Source: Orbicella franksi (taxonomy: Eukaryota). Taken from it: a stretch of DNA of 64,000 bases. The stretch is taken from assembly GCA_964199315.1 (NCBI GenBank), contig OZ116704.1, positions 26,970,001-27,034,000 of the forward strand, in the 5' to 3' direction. Below, one piece after another: positions 46,701 through 57,376 of the stretch (within the stretch, counting starts at the first letter, position 1; each line of letters starts with the position of its first letter). A program made the position numbers and the translations under genes. The notes under the pieces are model-generated. The model saw only the letters and a list, made by a program, of their open reading frames with translations, searched no databases and was not told the origin of the DNA.

Positions 46701-49700
46701 CAGAGAGAAGAAATCGCGACTTCAGTTTGGTTGATTATTTGCTAAAACCTGGTCAAACGTACGCAACATTTTAACACAACTACAAAATTGTAGCGAACTA
46801 CATGTTGTACATGTTTGGCCACCCTGTTACAACATGTTACAAGATGTTGGATGGTGCAACAAGGCGGCCAAACGTGTGCAACATGTCTTGCGCAACAGTT
46901 TTGCAATACATGTGTTGAAATGTTACGTGCATTTCAAGTGACCGGACCTTAAGTCTTTTAACCAACGCAAACGAAAGCGCAACGAAAACGACAAATGAAA
47001 TCTAGACTGCAAAGCAATCTAATTTTTTCGTGAGTTTACACGTACGCTGGCTAAAAAGGCTTCAACTGAACAGCGCCAATTTTCTTTCCAGAAGTTCAGG
47101 CCTTTTCCACACTAGTCCGGAGGAATTTGAGAACGCAACAATCACTGGTCATTTTGGATTTGTATTTGAGGAAAACTCGGCCGGTCATGGAAATCATATG
47201 ATTATCGTGATGCCATCGGTTTCGAAAAGCTCCGTTTTTCAAATGTTTTCTGTCCACAATAAAGCGAAAAGCCATCGATTTCAAATTCCTCCGCTTTAAA
47301 GAGCGTTTTCGAAAAGCTCCGTTTTCGTGACGGGTTAGCGTGGACGGTAGACCTAACCGTAGAAATAAAGCTGCGTTTTCAAATTTCTCCGGCGTAGTGT
47401 GGACGCGGCCTCACTCTTAAACAATGCCTTTCTCTCGAGAAGCTCGCGAAGAGCTCGAGTATCACTTCTGAATATCGACACATGTCGCTTCCCACTTGTT
47501 TCATACTAGATGTTTTTTGTTTGTTTGTAAGAAGGGACACATTTTTTACAGTCTAAATCGCTGAGCTAAGGGCGATGGTTATTGCCAGTGAGTTTGAAAA
47601 AACCGCTGCTAAATCCTTTAAAAACGCGTTGTTGTCCCCCCTCGCTACCCAACACAATGTTTAAAATCAGATGAAATTGCAGGTACTAGTTTTCAACATT
47701 GTATGGGGGGTGGGGGCGAGGTTAGGCAGGTGAAGTTGTATTCGCGCCTGGCGTGTGTGCAAAAGCGCCAAAAGTACAAACTTGTCCCAAGTCTTTTGTC
47801 TATCAAAGCGTAGCAACGATTTGCGGCCTCGTTCAAACCGTAGACTATAACGCGAGTAACAGTCAGCAAGGAAAAATGGTTATAAGGCTGTTGATCCTTG
47901 AAGTTGTAGGATCAGTCGTTTCTAAATAAATGTCTTTGTATAATAAACGGGTGGACAACATATAGTTACATAATCTTTTTTAGCACATTATCTCGTTACA
48001 AAAAAAAATTAAATCACCGAATGTAGAAAGCAGGCGTTTTATACCAAAAATATTCTGACTAAATAAAAAATGAGGAGCCACTCACCCGCTCCATACCATA
48101 AAAAAGTGTTCATTCCGAAAAAGAAAAGGCTCCAAAATTCTTTCAAAATCGTATCTTCTTGGCACTTCGTCAAAATTAATATGTAAATTATTTCCCTCTA
48201 ACTTCAAGTAAAATATCATTGTTATCTGAGTTTATGACGTCAAAGGGCAAATATAATCGTTTTAATTACCTGGTGATTGCTCCTTAACAGCTTCCTGTGG
48301 AGGGCTTGTTACATTTGCTGCAGGCTGCAACAACAAAATATTCCGTCATAGAAAATATGCATCTTGTGATCTTTCAGGACAAAATTGCCATCAAATCGAT
48401 GCCAACATCAAAATGTCAGTAAAATAACGTAGAAAAACACTAAGGAGGTTAAACTAAATCAAAATGAAACAAGGATGGTTAAAACTGGGATAGATTGAGA
48501 AGGACTACGCAAAATGGTCTTGCAAAAGTGAGGCTGTACTTTGAGAAGCATCATCCGCGAGGTCGAGCAATATGGTCGAGTTGTACAACAGCAAACACGC
48601 GGCAACAGCGACTGATTTCCCCGCACAAAATGTATAGTGTAATCTGGTACGTGGCACTACGTCGCCGGCAAATAGTCTGTAATTTCCCTCGGTGACAAGG
48701 TAGGCTTTGTAGCGCTGAGAAACTGAAAATTTTAGAGATTGCTTTGGTTTATTCTATCGTTGTTATAACTGTTGGGTCACAATGCGCAAGACTCCTGAAA
48801 AAATCAAGTGTTTTCCCTGAATTTCCACAGCAGTTGATTATCTCTGCACGACTGGCTGATAAAAACAGCTCGACAATTAACTTTATTCCACACTTCAAAG
48901 ATTAAACTGAAAAATTCAAAGAAATCTTTCTTAGTCTTTCTATTCTACATTTTCAGCCATTTCAAGGAATATTGATGCATAAGTTTTTTGTACGTTTTAA
49001 TTCAGTCACTCACATATGATCAGTGTAACTATCTCAAACTTCAGCAGTCAATTTTACTCCAAAATTGTTCTAAGGCGACCTATATTAATTCTATTTTATT
49101 TTTTATACTTACCAACGTTGCAGTTTTATTCGCAGCCTGTTCGACAGACTCTTCTTTTACAGTCGTCGGCAGAAAGGTTTTATTGTGTGAGGCGTCAAGT
49201 TTTCTACTGCCTTGTCTAACAGGTTTAACCGGTTTGGGCTGGATGGATCTAGCCGGCTTAACCGGTTTTTCTTCAAGGACTTTCCTGCGTTCTCTTCCGT
49301 GGCGAGAACATACGTGAGAAGTGGCTCTGTTGCTCGAAGTCGTTGGAGGTGTTGGAAGTGTGAACACGCGACTGGCATCTGTAACAAGAAAAAGCAGTTC
49401 ACCGCTTGCTTGAATGATTATAGTAACTTTCCTCTGTTTTGGTATCTGCTGACATTCACGTTCAATAGCAGAAAGCCCGGCAAAACCGATAGAAAACAGA
49501 AGACGCGCGCAAAGCGGGAATCACGATCCCCCGAGAATTGGAGAGTACACATGGTCCACTCCAATTCCCTTTGTATTATTTCTGTGTTTTCTATTCATCT
49601 CTTCCCTCACGTTTCTATGGCTGTACACAGTCCACTGTACTAAGTAATTAAAAAAACTCGGGCTGAATGCTCCAGCCAATCAATGCACAGATGCTACTTT

Positions 49701-50266
49701 CTCAGCCAATCACATGCAAAGCTATAAACCAATCGCGATCTTCCAAGATTTGAAGTCGATTTATCAAGATCTCAGAGAAATCATTGCAGAATTTGCAGGA
49801 CTGTTGTAGGAATTCCATGGTCCTTTACGAGGTTGGTGAGAATCTTGACGATCCTTGAAGATCTTTGTAGAACATTGAGGAGTTTGATACAGATCCTCAA
49901 GCATCTGCAGTAAGATCTTAATGTATATCTTTAAGGCTATACAAAGGTCCTTGAAAGCTTTTCACCTTAATTAGGCCTCTGTCCATCCCATGGCATTGAG
50001 ATGGGCAATTTATTATCAAAATTCTCTTTTGGGGGGCAAGGGGTGATCACATGATATTTCACAAAGATATTGATCTTACCCATGTCAACATCTTCAGTAA
50101 CATCTTCTTGAACATCTTCTAGCTCCAGTGTGTTTGATCGTTTTAAGGTCAACTGAAAATCAATGAAAGACAATTTACAGGTTATAACAAGGGAGTATTA
50201 AAGTGAAAAGAAAATGTTATACAAAATTATGCTTGACTTACTGTTTTTGGTACAGGTGTTGCAAGG
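37740..50266 (-). CDS. MINDY4B: MINDY4B-like (FAM188B/MINDY4 subfamily) inactive deubiquitinase, 18 well-supported exons; 5' end probably extends to ~53906
   Basis: GT-AG exons with consecutively compatible phases translate to ...GGEPITLDVARALRVLLFG...DWRKQ...LGPGGVMACLQ...MLWQAGG...GCILLLYSVILSR...CTQAMINLMLTGRAVANVFNG...GIKDRSEIGFLSL...VGSMLKTPKFPVWV...ERRFDL...LTIDT...LENCVRTKWPGA. These match MINDY3/4 family motifs from recall. VGSMLKTPK and the loss of catalytic residues point to the 4B branch. Confidence 0.88.
38349..38424 (-). CDS. MINDY4B: MINDY4B-like exon (D)TRDVFIPDDVFGEEPSDLENCVRT
   Basis: ttacag acceptor, gtgagt donor, 76 nt, phases 1 and 2 fit both neighbours. Confidence 0.9.
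39086..39174 (-). CDS. MINDY4B: MINDY4B-like exon (W)KLERRFDLLFCTGSANRNSGTSNECVLTI
   Basis: ctcag acceptor, gtaga donor, 89 nt. Confidence 0.9.
39550..39653 (-). CDS. MINDY4B: MINDY4B-like exon VGSMLKTPKFPVWVVKTGERYGVLFSLNKDLVND (catalytic-His position is Arg)
   Basis: ccag acceptor, gtcagt donor, 104 nt; aligns to MINDY4 PIWVVCSESHFSILFS. Confidence 0.92.
39776..39859 (-). CDS. MINDY4B: MINDY4B-like exon AHPLHGIKDRSEIGFLSLEEHFDPKSFQ
   Basis: cgcag acceptor, gtaat donor, 84 nt. Confidence 0.92.
40050..40195 (-). mobile_element. Older SINE fragment of the same family, keeping a B-box-like ggctcgaatcc
   Basis: gtggagagaggc..gtgagagc..caagaacacaac core. Confidence 0.55.
40347..40433 (-). CDS. 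MINDY4B: MINDY4B-like exon AMINLMLTGRAVANVFNGDIECNKSGRKL
   Basis: cacag acceptor, gtaaat donor, 87 nt; family motif NLxLTGxAVxNVF. Confidence 0.93.
40680..40743 (-). CDS. MINDY4B: MINDY4B-like exon (S)VIEDLGDPNSTLMGPHDSCTQ
   Basis: ttccag acceptor, gtagg donor, 64 nt. Confidence 0.9.
40930..41236 (+). repeat. Interspersed repeat containing a ~28-bp minisatellite (ttttcccgcgcttggcaccggttacatg)
   Basis: Several degenerate copies between agccaatc and gattgg ends. Confidence 0.6.
41659..41729 (-). CDS. MINDY4B: MINDY4B-like exon FESTNGNGCILLLYSVILSRTIE
   Basis: ttttgtag acceptor, gtatgt donor, 71 nt. Confidence 0.92.
42244..42309 (-). CDS. MINDY4B: MINDY4B-like exon LHLFRLTNFADLERFLKKQLSF
   Basis: ttttttcttcatag acceptor, gtaagt donor, 66 nt. 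Confidence 0.88.
42931..42994 (-). CDS. MINDY4B: MINDY4B-like exon (L)PCGECNWITMEDYREDQLTEK
   Basis: tttacag acceptor, gtatat donor, 64 nt. Confidence 0.88.
43073..43160. mobile_element. Short MITE (TAGCCT...AGGCTA termini)
   Basis: 23-bp imperfect TIR tagcctcctaggccgacgctctt / aagaacgtctgcgtagaaggcta. Confidence 0.65.
43492..43593 (-). CDS. MINDY4B: MINDY4B-like exon (S)MLTPMSSDRQRALITAMAKMLWQAGGYKHATVA
   Basis: ctctgtttttcatag acceptor, gtgagt donor, 102 nt. Confidence 0.9.
44350..44438 (-). CDS. MINDY4B: MINDY4B-like exon LGPGGVMACLQGFLLRYLLYEQSSIEQVK (catalytic-Cys position is Gly)
   Basis: ttttctgtag acceptor, gtaagt donor, 89 nt; aligns to MINDY GGPCGVLAAVQ. Confidence 0.92.
44616..44836. 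repeat. Inverted repeat with ~82-bp arms and a 55-bp spacer, in a MINDY4B intron
   Basis: 44616..44697 versus 44753..44836. Confidence 0.85.
45193..45303 (-). CDS. MINDY4B: MINDY4B-like exon ALRVLLFGTPYTSFNSDWRKQHINFFSSMSYALSFYK
   Basis: ttttttttcag acceptor, gtaatc donor, 111 nt. Confidence 0.92.
45814..46069 (+). mobile_element. tRNA-derived SINE with V/Meta-like central domain
   Basis: A-box-like TGGCCTAATGA at 45826, degenerate B box, tgtgggttgagtttgttg...ccgggttctcccattttcctcc core, tail ending aaattacatt. Confidence 0.6.
46070..46328 (-). mobile_element. tRNA-related element of ~1.2 head-to-tail units inserted in the SINE tail
   Basis: Perfect B box GGTTCGATTCC on the minus strand (46133..46143); terminal ~45-bp direct repeat; AAAAATTACATT on both flanks (46058..46069 and 46329..46340). 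Confidence 0.65.
46425..46576 (-). CDS. MINDY4B: MINDY4B-like exon (D)IGPLLSQATPTPSKRQ...GGEPITLDVAR
   Basis: ctctgcag acceptor, gtaaca donor, 152 nt. Confidence 0.88.
46751..46935. repeat. GCAACA/TGTTGC-rich repeat with imperfect inverted ends
   Basis: caaacgtacgcaacattttaacaca / tgtgttgaaatgttacgtgc. Confidence 0.55.
47099..47410. mobile_element. MITE with ~40-bp TIRs and TCA target-site duplication (PIF/Harbinger-like)
   Basis: ggccttttccacactagtccggaggaatttgagaacgca / tgcgttttcaaatttctccggcgtagtgtggacgcggcc; TCA on both flanks. Confidence 0.75.
48270..48324 (-). CDS. MINDY4B: MINDY4B-like exon PAANVTSPPQEAVKEQSP
   Basis: ttgttgcag acceptor, gtaatt donor; phases 0 and 1 bridge the flanking exons. 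Confidence 0.75.
49113..49378 (-). CDS. MINDY4B: MINDY4B-like exon (D)ASRVFTLPTPP...KPVKP...NKTATL (disordered region)
   Basis: ttacag acceptor, gtaagt donor, 266 nt; overlaps ORF 49080..49367. Confidence 0.82.
50080..50152 (-). CDS. MINDY4B: MINDY4B-like exon LTLKRSNTLELEDVQEDVTEDVDM
   Basis: ttttcag acceptor, gtaaga donor, 73 nt. Confidence 0.8.
50242..50266 (-). CDS. MINDY4B: MINDY4B-like 25-nt microexon LATPVPKT
   Basis: Strong attatttttctag acceptor and gtaagt donor; phase-0 exit fits the next exon. Confidence 0.7.
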
Positions 50267-50758
50267 CTAGAAAAATAATGACAAAGATGAAATCAAATAT
50301 TAGAAAATGATAGTGTAGAAGGTTTACATACTAGCAGAACTGAGAACACCCAGGGTGAGGGAGTGGTACTCTCTTACATGGGCTGTGTAGGGGCATGCCT
50401 CTGGACAGGGTATGCATTTTTGACATTTAAGTCTGGAACGGAATAAAAAAATGTGATTCACTGGTCTGGAACAGGGTGTCATTTTCCCAAAATTAACACA
50501 CATCTCGCTTAGACAACATTAGCAATGGAAATATGCCAATCAGGAGTTTCATTAAGGACCTATTTTGCCTGCCTGGTTTGACCATCTAGCAAAAAGTTTT
50601 TCTCATAAAGAAGTTTAGTTCAAGCAGTTTTGTCCGCCTGTGAAAAACCAGTCACCCTCATGCTGAAATGATAAATGAAAGCTCTTGTCAATATCAGATG
50701 AAGGAACTCTCACAATCTCTCAGGGTGAACTATCAGAGACTGACCAAGCTACTACCAC

Positions 50759-53700
50759 CTGCCACAGATGGTACTGGACCCTGGCAATTGAACAGGACAC
50801 ACACACACTGTTCTCGGCACACCCTTCCCAATTTTTTGGTGTATACCCTTCCCTCCCCTGAGTGAGAGCATAACACCGAGAAATTCATCAAGTTAAGAAC
50901 AAGGAAATTGATCGCTGTGGAACATTTTGACGTTAATTAAAAAATTCCCTGTTTTCGTCAGTTTTGTTGGGAGTATAAAAAATATAGGTATATATCATAA
51001 ACTCAGGAAAGCGTTTGGTGACAGTTCCAAATCCATGCATTTCTTCCTAAAAACACTCTGTTGTTAAAAGTTTTCCAATCTCGTTTGATATAGTTTATAT
51101 CCAAAATGTAATATTGACAAATAGCAAATAAGTGAGGTAAAGTAAATTTTCAACAAAATTGTTACAAAAAAATGTAATTTGCTGTTTTGCCTCAGAAATT
51201 TTATGAACGTATAGTACCAAAAAAATTTATAAATACTTCTTATATTAGAGGGTTCATCTTCCCCAAAATTGTCCATTGATACAGTCTGCCAGGAGAGGTG
51301 GTTAAGGAAGGGGGGGGGGAGTGAGGGTGGTTAGGACTAGTCCACTGCATGTTAGTGGTTTGTACTTCTATATAACTGGTGAAGAAGAGGGGTACTGGGA
51401 GAGAGTAAAACTAAGTTATTTACACAAGAATACAACATAGTGACCCTGATCAGGGTTATAGCCTTTGCCCTCTTGACCCAGAGTCACAATAACTACAAAG
51501 CCATCAATCCACTAACAAGGGGTACCACACAGGATAATCAGAGAAAAAATGTCTTGGAGGTGAAAATGAAATTGAAAATATTCCCCATAAAAATACCAAC
51601 CTTTTTAAAGCCCACTAACGCAGGTTAATCTGCCGTGAAAGTGATATTACCACCCCCCTCCCCCCCTACTGCCTCCCCCCTAAAAAAACCTTCAAATTTG
51701 TACCCAAACAAATTCTTTGCATCTCCACTCTGGGCAGCTCCAAAGTTTGATTTATATTACATTACATTAGTAATCTATAAGTTATAATTTATTTATTAGT
51801 TCTAACCTCTTGTCAAAAACTTTTGTCCATCCATCTTCAGAATTCTTTGACATGCTCCTCATGGATATATAAAAAAAACAACACACTTACAATTTGTTAC
51901 AATTTCTTCTAATTTGTTCTATGTGCAATTGGTTGAGATGTCAAGATGCATTTAAGACCTTAGGTGACAAGTTGGTGTAGATGTTATGCATTAAAAGTCA
52001 GGATACTTTCACAAGTTTCTCTAATTAAGACCAAAACACTCAAATGAACTTCTATTAAGCTTAATTAAACAATTCTTTCATTGAGCTTAACTGCATATAT
52101 AATAACTATTAAGTCGAATTCTCCAATTCACCTGTCGTTTACCTGTCTACAAACTCTCCTTTTCACTGTTAATGCCTTCAGCAATAACATTAATTAATCC
52201 TTGGCCAAATTTATAGAGCGCAAGTGCCTCTCCTCCTTAAACTATTTTACACGACATTCCACGATCCCGTTACATGAAATGCATCTTCACGAGTACAAAA
52301 TCCTTTGTTTTAAGTGATGACTCTATATCTTCACACGATCACCATGCATATCCATTTTTCTTGGCTATAAACATGGAGACTACTTCGCACTCTTCGTACG
52401 TAACCAGACGCCATCTTTGTTTCCATGCAGTTGTTATGTCATTAAAACCCAGACCCCCTCACTCTCTAAATGCTTTGTCACCCTTACCGTGCTCTTTACA
52501 ATGTTTTTCATGATTAGCATAAACAAGAGGAAATATTTTCTCTTGGCATAAATCATTAGCATAAATTTACCAAAAGTGTATTCTCAAATACCGGTACTTG
52601 GTAAAAATAATATAGAGCGATATTGTACAGTTTTTTTGTACAGTAGAAAACCTGTTTGCCGGAGAGGTCGGCGCGCGCACGCAAAACTGTCACACTCTCC
52701 CTCTTTCACTCCTGATAAATTTAATGACTACAGCAGTTGGATGATAAATATCTTATTAGATGTTTTGGTCGTGATTGGGGTCTTATCATCAGTGTTTTAA
52801 TGCGGCTACATCAAATTTACACACGTATCTTTTGAATGCGTGTCTTGGAGCAGATTTGGAACCGTTTCCTTTCAAACTCGACGCGAAAATTATAAAATTC
52901 GATATCTGAACAATGGAATGGCCCTGTTAGTTTTGCCGTGGACTAGTACTTCGACATAGTGCCAGAAGTTTTCCTTCAGGGACCCAACCAGGTTACGCCG
53001 CTGCACAGAAAATATGCAAGCACGAATGGAAACTTGTACGGGACGGACCATTATTTTTTGAGGGGTGGGGGTTGGGGAATTTTTGGGACATAATTTTTTT
53101 TTCTCACCTTTAAGTTGTGCAGGATTTTTTGGATGGGCAACAACTTGTGAAAGAATTCTTTTTAACAGGACCTGGATAGTAAATAGCACTTGTTCGAATT
53201 TTCCCCATGCCTCACCCTCGCACGATTTTTTTTTTTCACCAGTTTTTACTTTGCAGGAATTTTCAGTTTACTGAAATCGCCCAGCCCCCCAACCGCCTCG
53301 AAAAATGTAACGGAATATATAAACAGGATGACCCATCAGTGTATTCAACACTGTTATCAGAGGGGTCCTATAAAAGAAACTACAGTGAAAAAAAGGTAAA
53401 ACTGGATAAAAGAAAAGGCGTACAAAATTGGTAAAAATGTTCACTTAAGCTTATGCTAAATAGAAATCTTGAAGTTATGGGTCTAAATTCGATTGGCAGA
53501 CTTTGAAAATAATTCGATACTCAGTTGGATAAACTCTATTTCACAAGTTCAGGGTGCTGACCGTGGAAAACAAAGCTTACCCAACTGAGAAATTAGGTTT
53601 CCTTTCCAAATACACTTTTTTCTGGCAATAGCCAGTTTTAACAGGCAAAATATCTAAACAGCACTCGTGAAACGCCTGTGAAATAATTTGTTTTAATTCC

Positions 53701-53906
53701 TCGTCCTTTTATTCCTCATTTTACACTCTGGCCTAGTGAAGCTACGGTTGTTTACATCCATAAAAAATCCAGACAAAATAGAGAAGATAAAAGCAGAGAC
53801 CGATCCCACGTAGGATGATTTTTAAAGGTGTACTATAGTTTCTGTGATAAACCGATTGGATCACTATACCAGCAGGATCATCGGTCCCCCGTACGTGGTT
53901 GCGCAT
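50759..53906 (-). CDS. Tentative 5' coding exons of the MINDY4B-like gene: 53870..53906 (ATG), 53581..53653, 53333..53367, 51891..51918, 51003..51046, 50759..50780
   Basis: The chain is phase-compatible and gives MRNHVRGTDDPADILPVKTGYCQKKVYLERKPNFSVGTPLITVLNTLMEQIRRNCNKLKKCMDLELSPNAFLRSSTICGS (full protein 619 aa). Two donors (gtcatc, gtttat) are weak and homology support is thin. Confidence 0.35.
53040..53315. repeat. Probable MITE (GGGACGGACCATTATTTT left end, degenerate right end)
   Basis: G-run and C-run subterminal symmetry; the right TIR has decayed. Confidence 0.4.
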
Positions 53907-54678
53907 GCTTAATTAAACAATTTGTAGACAAACTAGGCCACGTTTTATAATTCACTTTTTCTCCTCGCCGTGGCCGCAATTGCGATGCACTCTTTCTTTT
54001 AATAATGATATGTTTTATAAGAATATCGAGGTTTAAATTTGCGAAATTTTAAGAGTATTTTAAGAATAAACCGGAGGCTTAGATTTTGAAAAGAACTTAA
54101 TTTTGTTTGTTGAAAATTTGTAAATACAACACAATGATAGCTAATGATATTTTTTAACTAGACCGTCTAAAGTTCCCCCTTTCTCTAAACGGCAAAACTG
54201 GCCAAAAATCAACAAAAACAGCACTAACCGTATGTTCGATGCTGACAACGTTACATTTCTGCAATATGTTGTGTACGCAGGCTTTAATTAATGCCTGCAG
54301 GCGGGCTGCAAAATTACTTTATTAAACACCATCCAGACACCAAATGCATTCGTAAACAGAAATGTCTTACGCTATAATCTAAAAGTATTCACAGGAATTT
54401 TTTCAGCATAAAACTGGCAGAAAAATAAGAATATTCAGCCTCGGCCTGAAATCAATAAAGTGTAGTCGGCGTTCCATGTATGATATCATGTCCAAAATTA
54501 TCTAGGGTCTTTTTATAGGCACTGGTATGAAGGCATAAAATTTCTGTTCTGGACAGTGCATTGGGACTTGCAGCGCACAATCAGTTGACCTCAGAATTGT
54601 CCTGGTGAAGAAATGAAGGACAAAACAACTGTCACGCGGTTTTTCGAAACAGTATTATTTTGGCTGCAGGGTTGAACT

Positions 54679-54708
54679 TTTAAATAGTGGCGATCGATAG
54701 CGTCCAAT
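54679..54708 (-). promoter_or_regulatory. Candidate core promoter (CCAAT plus TATTTAAA) for the MINDY4B-like gene
   Basis: Minus strand reads ATTGG (54704..54708) then TATTTAAA (54686..54679), oriented toward the gene. Confidence 0.3.
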
Positions 54709-55467
54709 CAGCGCACAATTCGTAATTTGCAATATGTAAACATGCTCTAGCTTGACAAACAAAACCGCGGTGAACTCATGTCGATCAGACATCGCAACTG
54801 AATGAACGTGAACAACAAAGGAAATGAAAAAAATATGTCACAGATTGAAAGTGTTGATGACAGAAAGTGACTCTAAGTAGTTTGGAACAACGAAGTGCGG
54901 AATATAGCAAACGTATTCCTTTCCGTGTCAAGCTGTAATGCAGCAAAATTTTTCTGCGTTAAAATTAAAGCAATCGTTACGTGACGCCTTAGAATCCCAG
55001 AGTATCCTAGTATCCAAGGCGCACGCGATTCGTGATATGATCTGACACCTGGAGTTTCGAGTGTCTCGAAAACACAGACCTCGAAAATGCAGACTGCGGT
55101 CTGTGGACTGCGTTTTTCGAGACACCCCTGGACAAGCAAGAAAAACGTGACTTACAACTAGAATATTCAAGAGTGTTCTTTGATGTAGATGTGACGTATT
55201 TTTTGTATTCAGAAAAAACCCGAAGTTGTATCTACCCGTAATAGGATATTCAGATTATTTCAAGCATAACTCGGAATATTTAATTCGGGCTATTTTTCGT
55301 ATTGGGGCGACTTCGGGCCCCGAATATTTAGCTTTTTGCGCAGAGTTAGGTCAAACTGGATACTACTAGTAGAAAAGCGTTCGTGATGGATTACTAATTC
55401 CTTTTAATAGACTGAAGAAAACTCCGGCCAAGTAAAGCGCGGATCTCGTGTTGGTTTGAACATTTAC

Positions 55468-56309
55468 GCAATAGAGCAATTTTCCGTGTTTACATAGCAA
55501 TAGGGAGCTTAAGCGATGACGACGGCAACGCCAAGGACGACGGCTAGAAAAAAATGGACTTAAATTTTATCTTTGAATTTCGCAATTATCTAGAACTGTT
55601 CTGCAAGCAGAGCGGTCTCAAACCCTACTCAAACTAAAGATGTAAAGCCAGCGAATAATTCTAGAGGAAAATACGAAAAATTAGCCGTCGTGGCTCACTT
55701 TCTTCAAAATACCCAAAACTTGGTCATTTCACGTTGTTATTTTGCAGAGGACGGCGAAGAAATGTACAAAGAGTTATAACGCACGTGTACAGCTATTAGG
55801 GAGCTTAAGCAAACCACGACGGCAACGGCAGCGAAAAGGCCGTCAAGCAAAGGGTTTAATGAGCAATACAATAGCTGTGCACGTGCGTTATAAATCTTTG
55901 TACATTTCCTCGCCGTCCTCTGCAAAACAACAACGTGAAATGACCAAGTTTTGGGTATTTTGAAGAACGTGAGCCACGACGGCTAATTTTTCGTATTTTC
56001 TTTTAGAATTATTCACTGGCTTTACATCTTTAGTTTGAGTAGGGTTTGAGACCGCTCTGCTTGCAGAACAGTTCTAGATAATTGCGAAATTCAAAGATAA
56101 AATTTAAGCCCATTTTTTTCTAGCCGTCGTCCTTAGCGTTGCCGTCGTCATTGTTAAGCTCCCTATCTAAACACGAGGGGGTTCGGAGAATTCGAGACAG
56201 TTATGTAAACCCGAGACGCAGTCGAGGGTTTGCGTAACTTTAAAGAATTCTTCCAAGCCCCCAAGTGTTTAGATGACGTTATGTAAACACGGAAAAAGCG
56301 CTCTATTGC
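55468..56309. repeat. Hairpin-type host repeat (CCGTGTTTACATA...TATGTAAACACGG) interrupted by the MITE pair
   Basis: gcaatagagc..ccgtgtttacata (55468..55497) pairs with tatgtaaacacgg..gctctattgc (~56279..56309). The internal half continues at 56166. Confidence 0.65.
55501..56165. mobile_element. Inverted pair of TAGGGAGCTTAA-terminus MITEs forming a ~297-bp-arm palindrome
   Basis: 55501..55797 is the reverse complement of 55870..56165 with a 72-bp spacer. 55797..56165 is a complete element with TIRs tagggagcttaa...ttaagctcccta. Confidence 0.85.
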
Positions 56310-57069
56310 TTTTATAAAATATTTCTCAAGAATACGCGCAAATCTAAAACGTCACAACCGTGTTTACATACTCTCAGCTAAACACACCTATCGACCAATG
56401 AGAGCGCGCGTAGTACCTCGAGTATGTTACAATTCAAAATTTAAACATATGCATTTGATAGGCTGCATTTAAAATTTTGAATTTAAAAGATTGCAAATTA
56501 AGGTAACATCTCCTTATGTAATCCTCTTCGTTTTTTTAAAAAAGTCTCTCAATCAATAAAACTTTGTATTAAGATAGTAATGGTCTCTACAAAGCAATCG
56601 TGCTAATTTAATCAGCTATTTCCACTTTTCAGGCAATTCCAAGAGTACACATTTTTTGTGACTGAAGAGATTATGTGACAGTGGTTTGCAAGAAATTATT
56701 GAGCGAACAACTTAGAAACGTCTGTTACTATTAATGTTCTGTAAAACAAAAAATAGAATTCAACGGATTTAAAATTTTGTGGTCAATTGTGAACTATTGC
56801 TTATATGATGCGATTATTTATTCTTAAATTTTCATATTTTTATCTCTAACTTCTTGTTGTGATTTCGAGTTGTCAGTTTTAATAAAAAAAATATAGTGGC
56901 AGTTCTTCTGATTGGTCTTAATCTCTTGTTCTTATTTTATACTGTTTGAAAATTAACAACATCAGAACAATGACGAGGCAAATTTATTTATTCCATGATT
57001 GGAAAGGTTCCTTCATCAGGACAATCATTATCCAACTTTTGGCCTTCTTTTGGCAAAATTAAAAAAAAT

Positions 57070-57376
57070 TTAAGGTGGCTCTGAACCCTATGAACAGAAT
57101 TTTTTTAACTTTGCCAAAAGTTGCGTCCCTTCGTGTTAATTAAAATTTGATAATACAAAAAAAAGTTCACAGTGTCATTTTTGAATTATATGCTCTTAAA
57201 GCTATAATTAAGGATGTTTTTAGCAGGTTATATTGCTGCTATGGTAACCTATTGAGTCACGAAAATGATAACAACGTGTTCACCAATGATTGGGTAGTTT
57301 TTTGATACCACGATTGTAGCATCAACTGATAAAGAGTGGTTATAATAACGCTGAAAACTATTTTGTGCCAACTTAA
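57070..57376. mobile_element. TTAA-flanked non-autonomous element
   Basis: Ends ttaaggtggc / gccaacttaa; interior resembles a common coral repeat (recall). Confidence 0.5.

Noticed and set aside
55737-55963. Mirror ORFs MQRTA(R/K)KCTK...
   Set aside because: They are translations of the two MITE palindrome arms.
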